A stretch of 64,000 bases of DNA from Verrucomicrobiales bacterium (GTDB lineage Bacteria > Verrucomicrobiota > Verrucomicrobiia > Verrucomicrobiales > V1-33). The stretch lies in contig JANOAV010000134.1 of the NCBI GenBank assembly GCA_031411295.1, forward strand, positions 1 through 64,000, written 5' to 3'. Made by a program: the position numbers and the translations under genes. The first letter of the stretch is position 1. Each line of letters starts with the position of its first letter. Shown here piece by piece: positions 28,491-37,550 of this stretch. The notes beneath the pieces were generated by a model that saw only the letters and a program-made list of their open reading frames with translations, was not told the DNA's origin and searched no databases.

Positions 28491-29238
28491 ATGAAAAAGG
28501 AACCAATATCCAGTGTCGGGCAAGTCAGCAGTCAGCAGTCAGCAGTCAGCAGTCAGCAGTCCACTAACTAGACGCAGGTTTATTAAGAGGGGAGCATTAG
28601 GTTCCGCTGGGGTGGTGCTAAGTTTGCAGGGGCTGGGTGTGTTCGCGCACGCGACTACCGCAAACGTTAGTTCCGGGCCTAGAATCCGTTTAACCTGCGG
28701 ATCTAGCTATGGAAATCCTGCTAGAAAAGATGTTGGGATCGATAATCAATTGGAATTAATCATTTGTTTGGATGCGGAGACATCTGGTGGCACTGGTCTA
28801 TCCGCGCTAAATGGAAAGGCGAAGCTGGAATGGGATATTTACGTCCGTGTCATTGCCAAATCTTGGGATTGGTCCGAGATTAGTCGTGTATTTACTCTTG
28901 ATGAAATGCCCATGGCTGAATGCCATTTCAAAGTCGTGATTTCCCAAGGAAAACTCTACACCACGCTGCAATCCGGTGCCTCTTGGCAGGGTGATGGCTC
29001 AGATGTTAGGGCTGGATTACAATGCAAAATTACAGACGGTATGCCAGCCGCCCCTCATACCGACACTCATCACAATGTGACAGTGACTGGACTGGCTGCG
29101 TGGTCGGGTTTCAGTAACCCAATAACTGGTAAAGAATGGTATTATAAGGTGGCTGCTGCTGCGCTAGATGCTAGTGGGATTGGCGCAGCCGATAAAATTT
29201 CATTTGACCTGAATTTCCAGTTTGAACTAGTTTCGTAA
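28491..29238 (+). CDS. Tat-signal secreted hypothetical protein; the ATG at 28491 is out of frame because of a heptamer repeat (alternative in-frame GTG at 28513)
   Basis: LTRRRFIKRGALG...AHA Tat signal. The 28491 frame stops at TAG just after the repeat. Confidence 0.7.
28523..28561 (+). repeat. Simple sequence repeat (AGTCAGC)5 + AGTC
   Basis: Five perfect 7-nt units read directly from the sequence. Confidence 0.97.
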
Positions 29239-29246
29239 ATTTAAAA

Positions 29247-30353
29247 ATGAGAGCAAATTCATGGCTATCTTTAGGTGTCGGCTTAATTTTCGGTCTGGTA
29301 GCATGTGATTCGAAGTCTACCTCTGACGCCGCAGGGAGTAAACTTGATCGTCACAATATTGAGAAGAGTCGAAAAGAATCGGATGCATACCAGACCCTAG
29401 CTACTATCCTACAGCAGCTTAGATCTGGAGAAATTGACGATAGGCTGCGAGGGAAGCTTGCACGTGAATTAACTGTTTATTACAGTAATGCTTCAGTGGA
29501 TATCCAAGGCTTGGACGCAGGTCGAGAATTTCTCTCAGCCGACGCATATGCTGAAACAGTCGCAGACGTATGCAAAAATAGGCTTCAGGCAGGTAAAAGT
29601 ATTGAAGATGTGCAGGCGATAATTGGCTTGATTCCTTATGGTGGAAACCGCGACAGCAAAATGAGTCAAGTGTATTCAGTGGCGGCTTCAATCGATTTTA
29701 ATAAGACCATATCAACACTAAAGCAAATCCCTAACGAGGACTTGAAAAGTGCCACAAGCGGTATCGAACGTGGTATGTCAAAAATTGATATCCCATCATT
29801 GCAATTGTTAGAAACGTGCGGGGCCGATAGTGAAACTATTACGACGTTACGAAATGCTGGAGTAAGTTACTTGGGGCAGCAAGCAAACAAAGCGGGAGTA
29901 GAATATCTTCAAGCAATGGATCCAACCGGCCAGAAGGGACTATGGGATGTTTTTGTAAGGGGATACGCCCATTCAAGCCCTGTGGATGCGGCACCTTTAC
30001 TTTCAGCTAACAAAGATAAAATTACGAATCTTGTCGACATTTCCCGAGAAATAGTCGACGGACTCGTGAAAATCAACCCAAACGACGCGCTAAAGTGGAT
30101 AGAAAATACAATAGCTGAAAACCAAAGCGAAACCGTCTATGCGAGAGCAATTAATGGCTGGTTAAACGCAGATTCGGTTGCCGCAAGTGAATACGTAAAT
30201 GCAATGCCGCTTAGCAAAGCACGTAATTTATGTGTTGAGGAAATTGTTTCCCACTTGAACAGTGCTGGAGACAAGGCGTCAGCTCGAATTTGGCTGACCC
30301 AGATCAAGGACCCTAAAATGGCGTCGGAGGTTCGAAGGAACCTTGGTTTATAG
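29247..30353 (+). CDS. Lipoprotein with alpha-helical repeats, hypothetical
   Basis: Lipobox LVA-C; helical repeats NPNDALKWI and WLNADSVAASEYV; visibly AT-richer than the backbone. Confidence 0.8.
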   Translation: MRANSWLSLGVGLIFGLVACDSKSTSDAAGSKLDRHNIEKSRKESDAYQTLATILQQLRSGEIDDRLRGKLARELTVYYSNASVDIQGLDAGREFLSADAYAETVADVCKNRLQAGKSIEDVQAIIGLIPYGGNRDSKMSQVYSVAASIDFNKTISTLKQIPNEDLKSATSGIERGMSKIDIPSLQLLETCGADSETITTLRNAGVSYLGQQANKAGVEYLQAMDPTGQKGLWDVFVRGYAHSSPVDAAPLLSANKDKITNLVDISREIVDGLVKINPNDALKWIENTIAENQSETVYARAINGWLNADSVAASEYVNAMPLSKARNLCVEEIVSHLNSAGDKASARIWLTQIKDPKMASEVRRNLGL

Positions 30354-30356
30354 ATT

Positions 30357-31391
30357 ATGTTCATTGTTGTGATTGGTTCGGGTTTATCAGGAACTGTTGC
30401 CTCTTCATTATTGCGCCACGCAGGCTATAGAGTAAATTTATTCGAAACACGAACACATGTCGCCGGAAATTGCTTCGATAAAAGAGATGATAATTTTGTA
30501 GTCCACGCTTACGGCCCGCATCTCTTTCACACAAACGATCAGGAGGTCTGGAACTTTCTTTCCGAATCCACGGAGTGGACAGGTTACCAACACCTAGTGT
30601 TAGCTGATACCCCACAGGGCCGAATCCCGATCCCTTACAATTCACAAACAGAATGTTGGTTAGGTCGACGATACAGGGACCAAGAGATCCGTGACCTCAT
30701 TTTCAAAGACTACTCACAAAAACAATGGGGCATCCCTTGGGAACAAATGCCAGCGGCCATCACAGGCCGAGTGCCGATGCGGCGGGAGAATGAGGACATG
30801 CGGTATTTCACGGACAAATACCAAGGGCAGCCGAAGGATGGCTATACCGCCATGTTTGAGCGGATGCTTGAGGGGATTCCGGTGCATCTGGGCGTGGGGA
30901 AGGATGAATGGCGGAAGCACGCGGCCAAGGCGGATTTGGTGATTTACACGGGAAAGATTGATGAGTATTTCAACTATTGTTATGGACGGCTGCCGTATCG
31001 CAGTCTTCGGTTCGAGCATCAGCGGTCGCGTGAGCGGTTGCCGGTGGCGGTGATCAATCAATGCAATACACTACCTTACACCCGGATGTATGACCATCGG
31101 TATTTCTCCGAAGAAAGCGCCATCGGAGCCCCGCCGTTGCCGGAGGGAGAGGAGACGATTATCACCAAGGAATACCCGATGGCCCATGATGAAACCAACG
31201 AACCATTCTACCCCATGCCGTTCGGGGAAGGGCAGGCGCTGTATCAGAAATATAAAAAGCTGGCGGATGGGGAGAAGAAGACCATTTTCATCGGCAGACT
31301 AGCCACCTACAGCTATCTGGACATGTGGATGGCCGTGAAGCAGGCAATGGTAAAGCTGAGGCCAATCGTGGGCAGGGGGCCGTTTGTATGA
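30357..31391 (+). CDS. glf: UDP-galactopyranose mutase
   Basis: IGSGLSG, AGNCFD, HAYGPHLFHTN, YSQKQWG, YFTDKYQGQPKDGYT, LPYRSL, GRLATYSYLDM. Confidence 0.95.
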   Translation: MFIVVIGSGLSGTVASSLLRHAGYRVNLFETRTHVAGNCFDKRDDNFVVHAYGPHLFHTNDQEVWNFLSESTEWTGYQHLVLADTPQGRIPIPYNSQTECWLGRRYRDQEIRDLIFKDYSQKQWGIPWEQMPAAITGRVPMRRENEDMRYFTDKYQGQPKDGYTAMFERMLEGIPVHLGVGKDEWRKHAAKADLVIYTGKIDEYFNYCYGRLPYRSLRFEHQRSRERLPVAVINQCNTLPYTRMYDHRYFSEESAIGAPPLPEGEETIITKEYPMAHDETNEPFYPMPFGEGQALYQKYKKLADGEKKTIFIGRLATYSYLDMWMAVKQAMVKLRPIVGRGPFV

Positions 31392-31423
31392 GGGCGCAAC
31401 CATGCCACTTGGCTTGCCAAACG

Positions 31424-31564
31424 AGGTGGTGCGAGGCTGTGTCCGAGCCTGTCGTGGTGGGGCGTGCTACGCTAGAGAGAGTTGTTCCGAATTTGAAGGT
31501 GCTGGGTCACGACTGGCTCGGACACAGCCTCGCACCACCTGCTCGGACACAGCCTCGCACCACC
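31424..31564. repeat. REP cluster: one forward and two tandem inverted copies
   Basis: AGGTGGTGCGAGGCTGTGTCCGAGCC (31424-31449) is the exact reverse complement of 31515-31540; a third copy lies at 31541-31564. Confidence 0.92.
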
Positions 31565-31602
31565 CCCAATGGCTACTCCACGAGAACAAAGAAACCTAAC
31601 GG

Positions 31603-33795
31603 ATGACAATTGAAGCGACATTTGGAACAAACGGTCAAAAGGCCACAGGCAAATCGTGGGCCGGTCCCAAGGTGCCGCAGCCTTTCGTGGTTACGGCTAG
31701 CCAAGTGAAATGTGGAGCAACGGTGGTGGCGCCGGATGCGCGCACCAACCCCTATTCCGAAGGTCCGGCCGATCCCCAATGTTCACCAGGGACGGAGGAT
31801 CATGTAACGAATAGCCTGCGGTGTCAGTGGACTATTTCCGCCGCTGCGGATTCCGTGGTGGAACTGAAGTTGCACGAACCTCTGAATTTGCTCGGCTGGC
31901 TCAATGGTGCCTCCAAGTATTGCTGTGGGGTGGAATTTTTCGTGGATGGCGTCTGTTTGGGCGAAGCCTACGCGGCGTATGAGGCAACTAAAATGATCCG
32001 ACTGTCACCCGGCCCGCATCGGCTGGAAGTGAAAGCCAAAAACGGAATAGATTTCTGCCATGCCGTCTGGGGTTTTGCACCCGAGGAAATTCTGATGCAA
32101 GCACCGCAATATTTGGTGACGATTGGAGCCATCTTGAAGGATGGCACCGAAGGATTAGCCGATTGGATCAACCATCACCGGGTCCTTGGGGTGGAGCATT
32201 TTTATTTGCTGGATTCTGGTGCTCAAGAGGACCTGCCGAACACGATCCGCGAGTTTGGATTTGCAGATTTTGTAACGATTGAGCCTTGGCTTCAACCTAC
32301 AGTAACCGCAGAGGCCGAGGCTTATGAGTTCCTGACAACCAAATACGCCGCAGAATGTCAGTGGATGGCACTGATCGACCTCAATGAGTTTCTGGTGCCG
32401 AAGCTGGGAACTTCGTTGACGAAATATCTCAGGGCATTCGAGGATTTCGGGGCGTTGAAAACGTGTCGGCGAATGTTTGTAGCCGAGAACAGTTACTATC
32501 GGGATGATCGTCTGAGATTCATCGTCCAGCCGCGTTTCGTGACGAAGTTCCTCAGCGCCTATGAAGTCGAGATGATGCCGGGCAGGCAGGCGGTCAGTGA
32601 ACATTTCGATGATTACATTTCTGACCTGCATCTCCAGATCAATCATTACCTAGAAGCGCCAGCCGAAGCCGGGAATGAAGAAGAAGAGGAGGACGAGGAT
32701 GAGGTGAAACTTTACCAAGACCGAAGCGTGGAGGATTTGCGAAAGCGGCAAGCGATGGTGCCGTTCCCTCCAGAGGATGTTCCGGTGTTCGGTTACATTC
32801 ACATTGCCGCAGTGGGTCACTGGCGAGCGATTTTGAACTCGCAGTTGCAGCGCTGCCAGCAGTCTGGACTGTATGATCGCACCACGGAAATCAGGCTGGG
32901 AATAGTTGGCGTCACGCCGGAAATTCTGGCGGAATTGGCTGATCTTCCCGAGAAAGTAACGATTGTGTGCACCGATCCAGAACTTAGGAAATTTGAGTTT
33001 CCCACTCTGGCAGCGCTCCAAGCCGCGTGTGAGGATGATCGCTTATCCTACATCTGGTATGTTCACAGCAAGGGAGCAGTAAATCGGCATCCTGTGCAGC
33101 ACGGCTGGCGTGCACGCATGGAGGAGTTCATTATGTATCACCATGAGCTGGCGATCGACCGGATGGACGCGGGCCATTGTGCTGCGGCAGGCTTTGGAAT
33201 GCGCAACCCGTGGTGCCACATTCCGGGAAATTTCTGGTGGATCAGGAGTGACTACGCCCTGCGATTGCCGAAATTTGAAGATTTGAATTGGGAAAACCGT
33301 TATGAGGCTGAACGCTGGATCGGAGCAGCGGGCCTAAGTAGCTTTTACATCCATGATTTTGGCGACATCCTGTTTGATGATTGGGAAATCCTTTCCAGCC
33401 ATACGGGAGCCGGAACGGTGACTACTGCGCAATACCATGGCTGGGAACATCTGCCGGAAGGGCATAATCGGCTGCCAGTGCTCGCGCCTGCAGCGTTGCC
33501 CCTATTCGACCACGTCATTTCGGCGCATGCCCCATCCCACGTTGAGCTGATGCTGGAGCGGGAGGCGGAGGTGATTGGATTCGTCTGTGAGTCCGGGCGG
33601 TCAACAGGTTGGGGGCTGAAGTTTTACATCGATGAGGTTTCCGTTGGGAAAACGGATGCTTGTGGTGTGCCGATGGTAGCAACGATCCTACCTCCCGGAA
33701 GTCATGATCTGGAAGTCCATCTGACCAAAGGTGAAATCCCAGGGGCTCACAGTGTGTGGGGCATCCGCTTCCTGGAGCCCTCGAAGCATAACTAA
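31603..33795 (+). CDS. Multidomain glycan enzyme: beta-sandwich repeat / GT92(GT2)-like / HSKG-GNFWW putative GT / beta-sandwich repeat
   Basis: WINHHRVLGVEHFYLLD..WMALIDLNEF; YIHIA..EFPTL..YVHSKG..GNFWWIRSDY..RYEAERWIG; N- and C-terminal modules align with each other. Confidence 0.75.
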   Translation: MTIEATFGTNGQKATGKSWAGPKVPQPFVVTASQVKCGATVVAPDARTNPYSEGPADPQCSPGTEDHVTNSLRCQWTISAAADSVVELKLHEPLNLLGWLNGASKYCCGVEFFVDGVCLGEAYAAYEATKMIRLSPGPHRLEVKAKNGIDFCHAVWGFAPEEILMQAPQYLVTIGAILKDGTEGLADWINHHRVLGVEHFYLLDSGAQEDLPNTIREFGFADFVTIEPWLQPTVTAEAEAYEFLTTKYAAECQWMALIDLNEFLVPKLGTSLTKYLRAFEDFGALKTCRRMFVAENSYYRDDRLRFIVQPRFVTKFLSAYEVEMMPGRQAVSEHFDDYISDLHLQINHYLEAPAEAGNEEEEEDEDEVKLYQDRSVEDLRKRQAMVPFPPEDVPVFGYIHIAAVGHWRAILNSQLQRCQQSGLYDRTTEIRLGIVGVTPEILAELADLPEKVTIVCTDPELRKFEFPTLAALQAACEDDRLSYIWYVHSKGAVNRHPVQHGWRARMEEFIMYHHELAIDRMDAGHCAAAGFGMRNPWCHIPGNFWWIRSDYALRLPKFEDLNWENRYEAERWIGAAGLSSFYIHDFGDILFDDWEILSSHTGAGTVTTAQYHGWEHLPEGHNRLPVLAPAALPLFDHVISAHAPSHVELMLEREAEVIGFVCESGRSTGWGLKFYIDEVSVGKTDACGVPMVATILPPGSHDLEVHLTKGEIPGAHSVWGIRFLEPSKHN

Positions 33796-33821
33796 CCTGA
33801 TAAATTTTAGCCTCACTGACC

Positions 33822-35126
33822 ATGGTTACTCGCACAGATATAATTAATGCCCTGATTCAGCAGTTCGGCTACTCCAGTTATCTGGAGATCGGGGTCGGAA
33901 ATGGTCAAAATTATGAAGCGATCACGATCCCGCATAAGGAAGGAGTCGATCCTGGAGGCGAGGAGGACTGGGATGGACGTATCACCTATAAAATGACCTC
34001 TGATGAGTTCTTCGCAGCGCATGGTGGAAAGCGCTACGATCTGATCTTCATTGATGGTCTGCACCATGCGGAGTATGTGGAAAGGGATATCCTCAACGCG
34101 CTGAAGTCCATCAATGAAGGAGGGATCATCGTCTGTCACGACCTGAATCCAGGAACGGAGTTGATGCAGCGCGTGCCGAGGGAAACTGCGGGATGGACTG
34201 GAGATTGCTGGCGGGCTTGGATCAAAATTCGAGCGGAGCGTCCGGAGTTACCGATGTTCGTGCTGGAACCAGACTACGGCGTGGGTGTCATTTACCCAGC
34301 GGGCCAGCCGATCAGCTGTGAGGCAAGGTTAGATCACACAATGCCATTTCTGGAATTTGTGAGGAAGAAGCAGCAGTTATTGCCACTCGTTACCGTAGAT
34401 GACTTGTGGCTTCGACTCGGATGCCTGGCGGTTGCGGATTACGAGGTGCCGAACTGGGTCGCCAATCTGGCCACACTGCCTGATGCGGCCAGGCCTTTCC
34501 TCGTCTATTGCCCGGTGGATCACGCGGATTTCGTAACAGATCTATTGTCTGAGGAACGGAATTTCGATGTGGCGTTCAACGATTACACGGGCAACAGCGA
34601 ACCAATTCCAGGTGCTGAATGGTTCTTCTCAGAGAAGGGTCACAAGTGGCCATGCGCGGCTAGGAATTTGCCGAAAATTCCGGTTAAATATCAGGCGTAT
34701 GCCTTCTGGGACAATGACATCGAAATCAGCGTGCCTGATCTCAACCAGCTTTTCAACATCGGAACCAGTCTCGGGCTTCAACTATACCAGGCGAGCCTGA
34801 CCCACGAAAGCATCGCCATCCACCCGAGATTTAAAACGCAGCCCGGCTCACTGGTGCGGGCGACGGACTTCGTGGAAATCATGATGCCGGTCTTTTCCCG
34901 AGAAGGATTGGAGGCGTGCGGACATACTTTCACGGATTCCGAAAGTGGCTACGGGCTGGATAATGTGTGGCCAATGTATGTCGACCGGCTAGGCGTCGTG
35001 GATGCCATTCAGGCCAAGCATCTCAGGCCGATCAATTCTGGCGGATGGAAACTGGAAAACGGCCTTACGGCAGGAGATGAAGTTGCCATCGTGATTGACA
35101 AGCACCGCAAAATCTTGGGGCTTTGA
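33822..35126 (+). CDS. Class I SAM methyltransferase (Methyltransf_24-like) fused to a DUF707-like domain
   Basis: YLEIGV, MTSDEFF, YDLIFIDGLH, WTGDCWRA; then FWDNDI..LYQASL..FVEIMMPVFSR..GYGLD. Confidence 0.85.
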   Translation: MVTRTDIINALIQQFGYSSYLEIGVGNGQNYEAITIPHKEGVDPGGEEDWDGRITYKMTSDEFFAAHGGKRYDLIFIDGLHHAEYVERDILNALKSINEGGIIVCHDLNPGTELMQRVPRETAGWTGDCWRAWIKIRAERPELPMFVLEPDYGVGVIYPAGQPISCEARLDHTMPFLEFVRKKQQLLPLVTVDDLWLRLGCLAVADYEVPNWVANLATLPDAARPFLVYCPVDHADFVTDLLSEERNFDVAFNDYTGNSEPIPGAEWFFSEKGHKWPCAARNLPKIPVKYQAYAFWDNDIEISVPDLNQLFNIGTSLGLQLYQASLTHESIAIHPRFKTQPGSLVRATDFVEIMMPVFSREGLEACGHTFTDSESGYGLDNVWPMYVDRLGVVDAIQAKHLRPINSGGWKLENGLTAGDEVAIVIDKHRKILGL

Positions 35127-35152
35127 GCCCGGTTCCAACTGAATATTCTCCC

Positions 35153-37429
35153 ATGAAATCGCTAATTATAATTACTGTAACATCAGATCGTCCTGATCGC
35201 TTGACCATGCTCAGACGAATTGCGGCCGCCCTCGCTGCACAGGAAGCCTTGATCTGGCTCGTCGTGGAGGACGGCGAGCAGCCTGATACTGAGGTGACAA
35301 AATTGCTTGATGGTAGCGGTGTCTTCAATCATTACTGGGCTGTAGGGCCGACGCATGATGGTGGAAGCACCCAGCGAAATGATGCCTTACAATATATTCG
35401 AGACCGGGGTCTGGAGGGTGTGATCTACAATGCAGAAGCGAATAATTTCTATTACACACGTCTTTTTGATGAACTCAGAAAAACGGACCGCATTTCGGTC
35501 ATACCGGTTGGTAATTTAGGACCGTTTGGCGTTGAACGACCGATCCTAGAGCATGGGGAATTCTTGCGTTGGGACGCAGGAAAACTGGAGCGAAAATTTC
35601 CCATAAACCTAGCGGGATTTGGTTGTGATGCTAAAGTCCTCCATGAACTGGTGCCTCCGCTTTGGGGCTTTGTAGGGGTCGGCGGCGAGACGGAATTTCT
35701 TGAGCGAGTTGCCGCAGGCCCGAATGAGTTTCAGTTTCTCTGCAATGGTTGCAGCGAATGTTTGATTTTTCACAATGAGCCACTGCCGGAAGGATGGGAG
35801 GAAGCGAATCTGGAGTTTGAGGCGATGATTGAGCCACTGAAATTTCGCGATGCTCTGGTGGCAGCTCTCTATGGGAGTTTGGGTGACCAACTCTTTCTTT
35901 ACGCTTTCGCTTGGCGTGTCGCTCAAGCGACGGGACGGCATCTGTTGATTTCTTACGAAGGAGACTGTTATAGCCTGGACGAATTAGGGGTGACCCTGAC
36001 ACCTCGGCATTCCCTCCCACTAAAGGATTGTTGCCTAGTTTACGATGAGCCTTGGGAGGCTGGGGTGGGTGAAGAAATGATCGCTGAACTAGAAGAGGAA
36101 ACCTCAGATGCTGTATGGCTCGCTGGTAGGTTCCAAGACTTCCGTTTCTTGACGGAGGAGGAAGCGACCATGTTGAGGGGGCTGTTGCAGCGGGTTCCTT
36201 CTGCCCACGTAGAGATTCAGGGCGCGGCGGGTGGAGTTGGCGTGGAAATGTTCGTGGGATCAATGCGGAATCTTGAAACCCGACTAGCATTGGCGGCTAA
36301 GGGCTGGGGGCAAAGGCTGGCGGACATAGTGAGGGAATGTCCCGAGAAAAAGTATGTTGTCTTTTCGGATCAGTCACAGCGCCTACGTCAAATATTTGAG
36401 GAGCGCTATGAGGCTCCCTCTTTGGGGCGGGGGTCAGTGATTTTTGTGCCTGTGGGCACTGAAGCTTCGATGCTAGCGATGCTCCAGAATTGTGAGGAAA
36501 TCATTTACGCTGAGGATTCGCTAGGCAGTTGGGTTGGTTGGTTGACTGGCAAAACCAGTGTCTTTGCGCTGCCTCGCAAATCTCAAGTTGAGTTGTCACA
36601 GAACTTCCTCACATTTTCTGTGAGCGATGGAGGACTAAACGTTTTGGACTTCTCACAATACGAATCACGGGGAGGTAACATGTTGCGGATGCTGAGGGAT
36701 TTAGTGGCAGCAGCTCCCGCTAGCTTTGAGGGAAAGATTGGAATGGCATCCTTCGGCGATACACCGCCTGAACCCGCTGCTGACCTAGCTGCACAGTTTG
36801 ACTTTGCTTTCTGCACCACCAAGTGGCAAGGGCGGCCATCAGCGTTTCAGTGGATCCCCAGCCCGAATTCAATAGCTTGGCCGCAGGTTGGTATTGATGA
36901 CGGGGAAGCCCTGCTCCAGCAAATGCTGGACCATGCCGCTCCTCCCGAAACAGCCAAGCTCTTCTGGATCGGGGCAGACACTCATCCTGTGCGCGGACAA
37001 CTACGGGATCTGGCAGCAGACCATCCGGATATGATGGACATTGAACTGATGGGTTGGAAGCCAACTGGAGGGATTGCATTGGCCTCGAAGACACGTTTTG
37101 TTTCGTTGTTCGACCACGTGCAGTTCAAGTATTTGGTCGATCTACCCGGCTATGGGTATTCAGGACGGCTTCGCTGGCTACTAGCCTCAGGAAGGCCTGT
37201 TTTTGTGGTGGAGAGGACCTGCGTGGAACCTTGGTTTGAGGAGTTGGTTCCGTGGGTGCATTTTGTGCCTGTGAAAGATGATTTGAGTGATCTGTTCATG
37301 GCTTATGGGAGAATCGAAGCAGCAGCGAAACTCTACAACACGATCAGCAACGAAGCACGAAGCTTTGTCAGGGAGAATTTGTTCTGGAAGCAAGAGAAGA
37401 AACGAATTTTGGGTGACCTCACTGGTTAG
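35153..37429 (+). CDS. Triple glycosyltransferase fusion: GT43-like / GT11-like / GT90 (CAP10-like)
   Basis: WLVVEDG..QRNDAL..GVIY..LFDELR..VG..RKFPINLAGF (GT43); GSLGDQLFLYAF..GRFQD..VVFSD (GT11); KLFWIG..FKYLVDLPGYGYSGRL..LVPWVHFVPV (GT90). Confidence 0.8.
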   Translation: MKSLIIITVTSDRPDRLTMLRRIAAALAAQEALIWLVVEDGEQPDTEVTKLLDGSGVFNHYWAVGPTHDGGSTQRNDALQYIRDRGLEGVIYNAEANNFYYTRLFDELRKTDRISVIPVGNLGPFGVERPILEHGEFLRWDAGKLERKFPINLAGFGCDAKVLHELVPPLWGFVGVGGETEFLERVAAGPNEFQFLCNGCSECLIFHNEPLPEGWEEANLEFEAMIEPLKFRDALVAALYGSLGDQLFLYAFAWRVAQATGRHLLISYEGDCYSLDELGVTLTPRHSLPLKDCCLVYDEPWEAGVGEEMIAELEEETSDAVWLAGRFQDFRFLTEEEATMLRGLLQRVPSAHVEIQGAAGGVGVEMFVGSMRNLETRLALAAKGWGQRLADIVRECPEKKYVVFSDQSQRLRQIFEERYEAPSLGRGSVIFVPVGTEASMLAMLQNCEEIIYAEDSLGSWVGWLTGKTSVFALPRKSQVELSQNFLTFSVSDGGLNVLDFSQYESRGGNMLRMLRDLVAAAPASFEGKIGMASFGDTPPEPAADLAAQFDFAFCTTKWQGRPSAFQWIPSPNSIAWPQVGIDDGEALLQQMLDHAAPPETAKLFWIGADTHPVRGQLRDLAADHPDMMDIELMGWKPTGGIALASKTRFVSLFDHVQFKYLVDLPGYGYSGRLRWLLASGRPVFVVERTCVEPWFEELVPWVHFVPVKDDLSDLFMAYGRIEAAAKLYNTISNEARSFVRENLFWKQEKKRILGDLTG

Positions 37430-37440
37430 CCAAACTTACG

Positions 37441-37519
37441 GGTGAATCATGCGGATTTTGTGACAGATCTGTTGTCCGAGGAGCAAAGTTTCTATCTAGC
37501 GTTCAACGAACAATATTGA
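37441..37519 (+). pseudogene. Truncated, diverged duplicate of the start of the DUF707-like domain
   Basis: Encodes VNHADFVTDLLSEEQSFYLAFNEQY*, versus VDHADFVTDLLSEERNFDVAFNDY encoded from ~34515. Confidence 0.8.
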
Positions 37520-37550
37520 AACAATTCAGGTGTTTGCTTGTGCAGAAGCA

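Noticed and set aside
31424..31564. Possible mini-CRISPR
   Set aside because: One copy is inverted, the two direct copies abut with no spacer, and no cas genes are present; it fits REP better.
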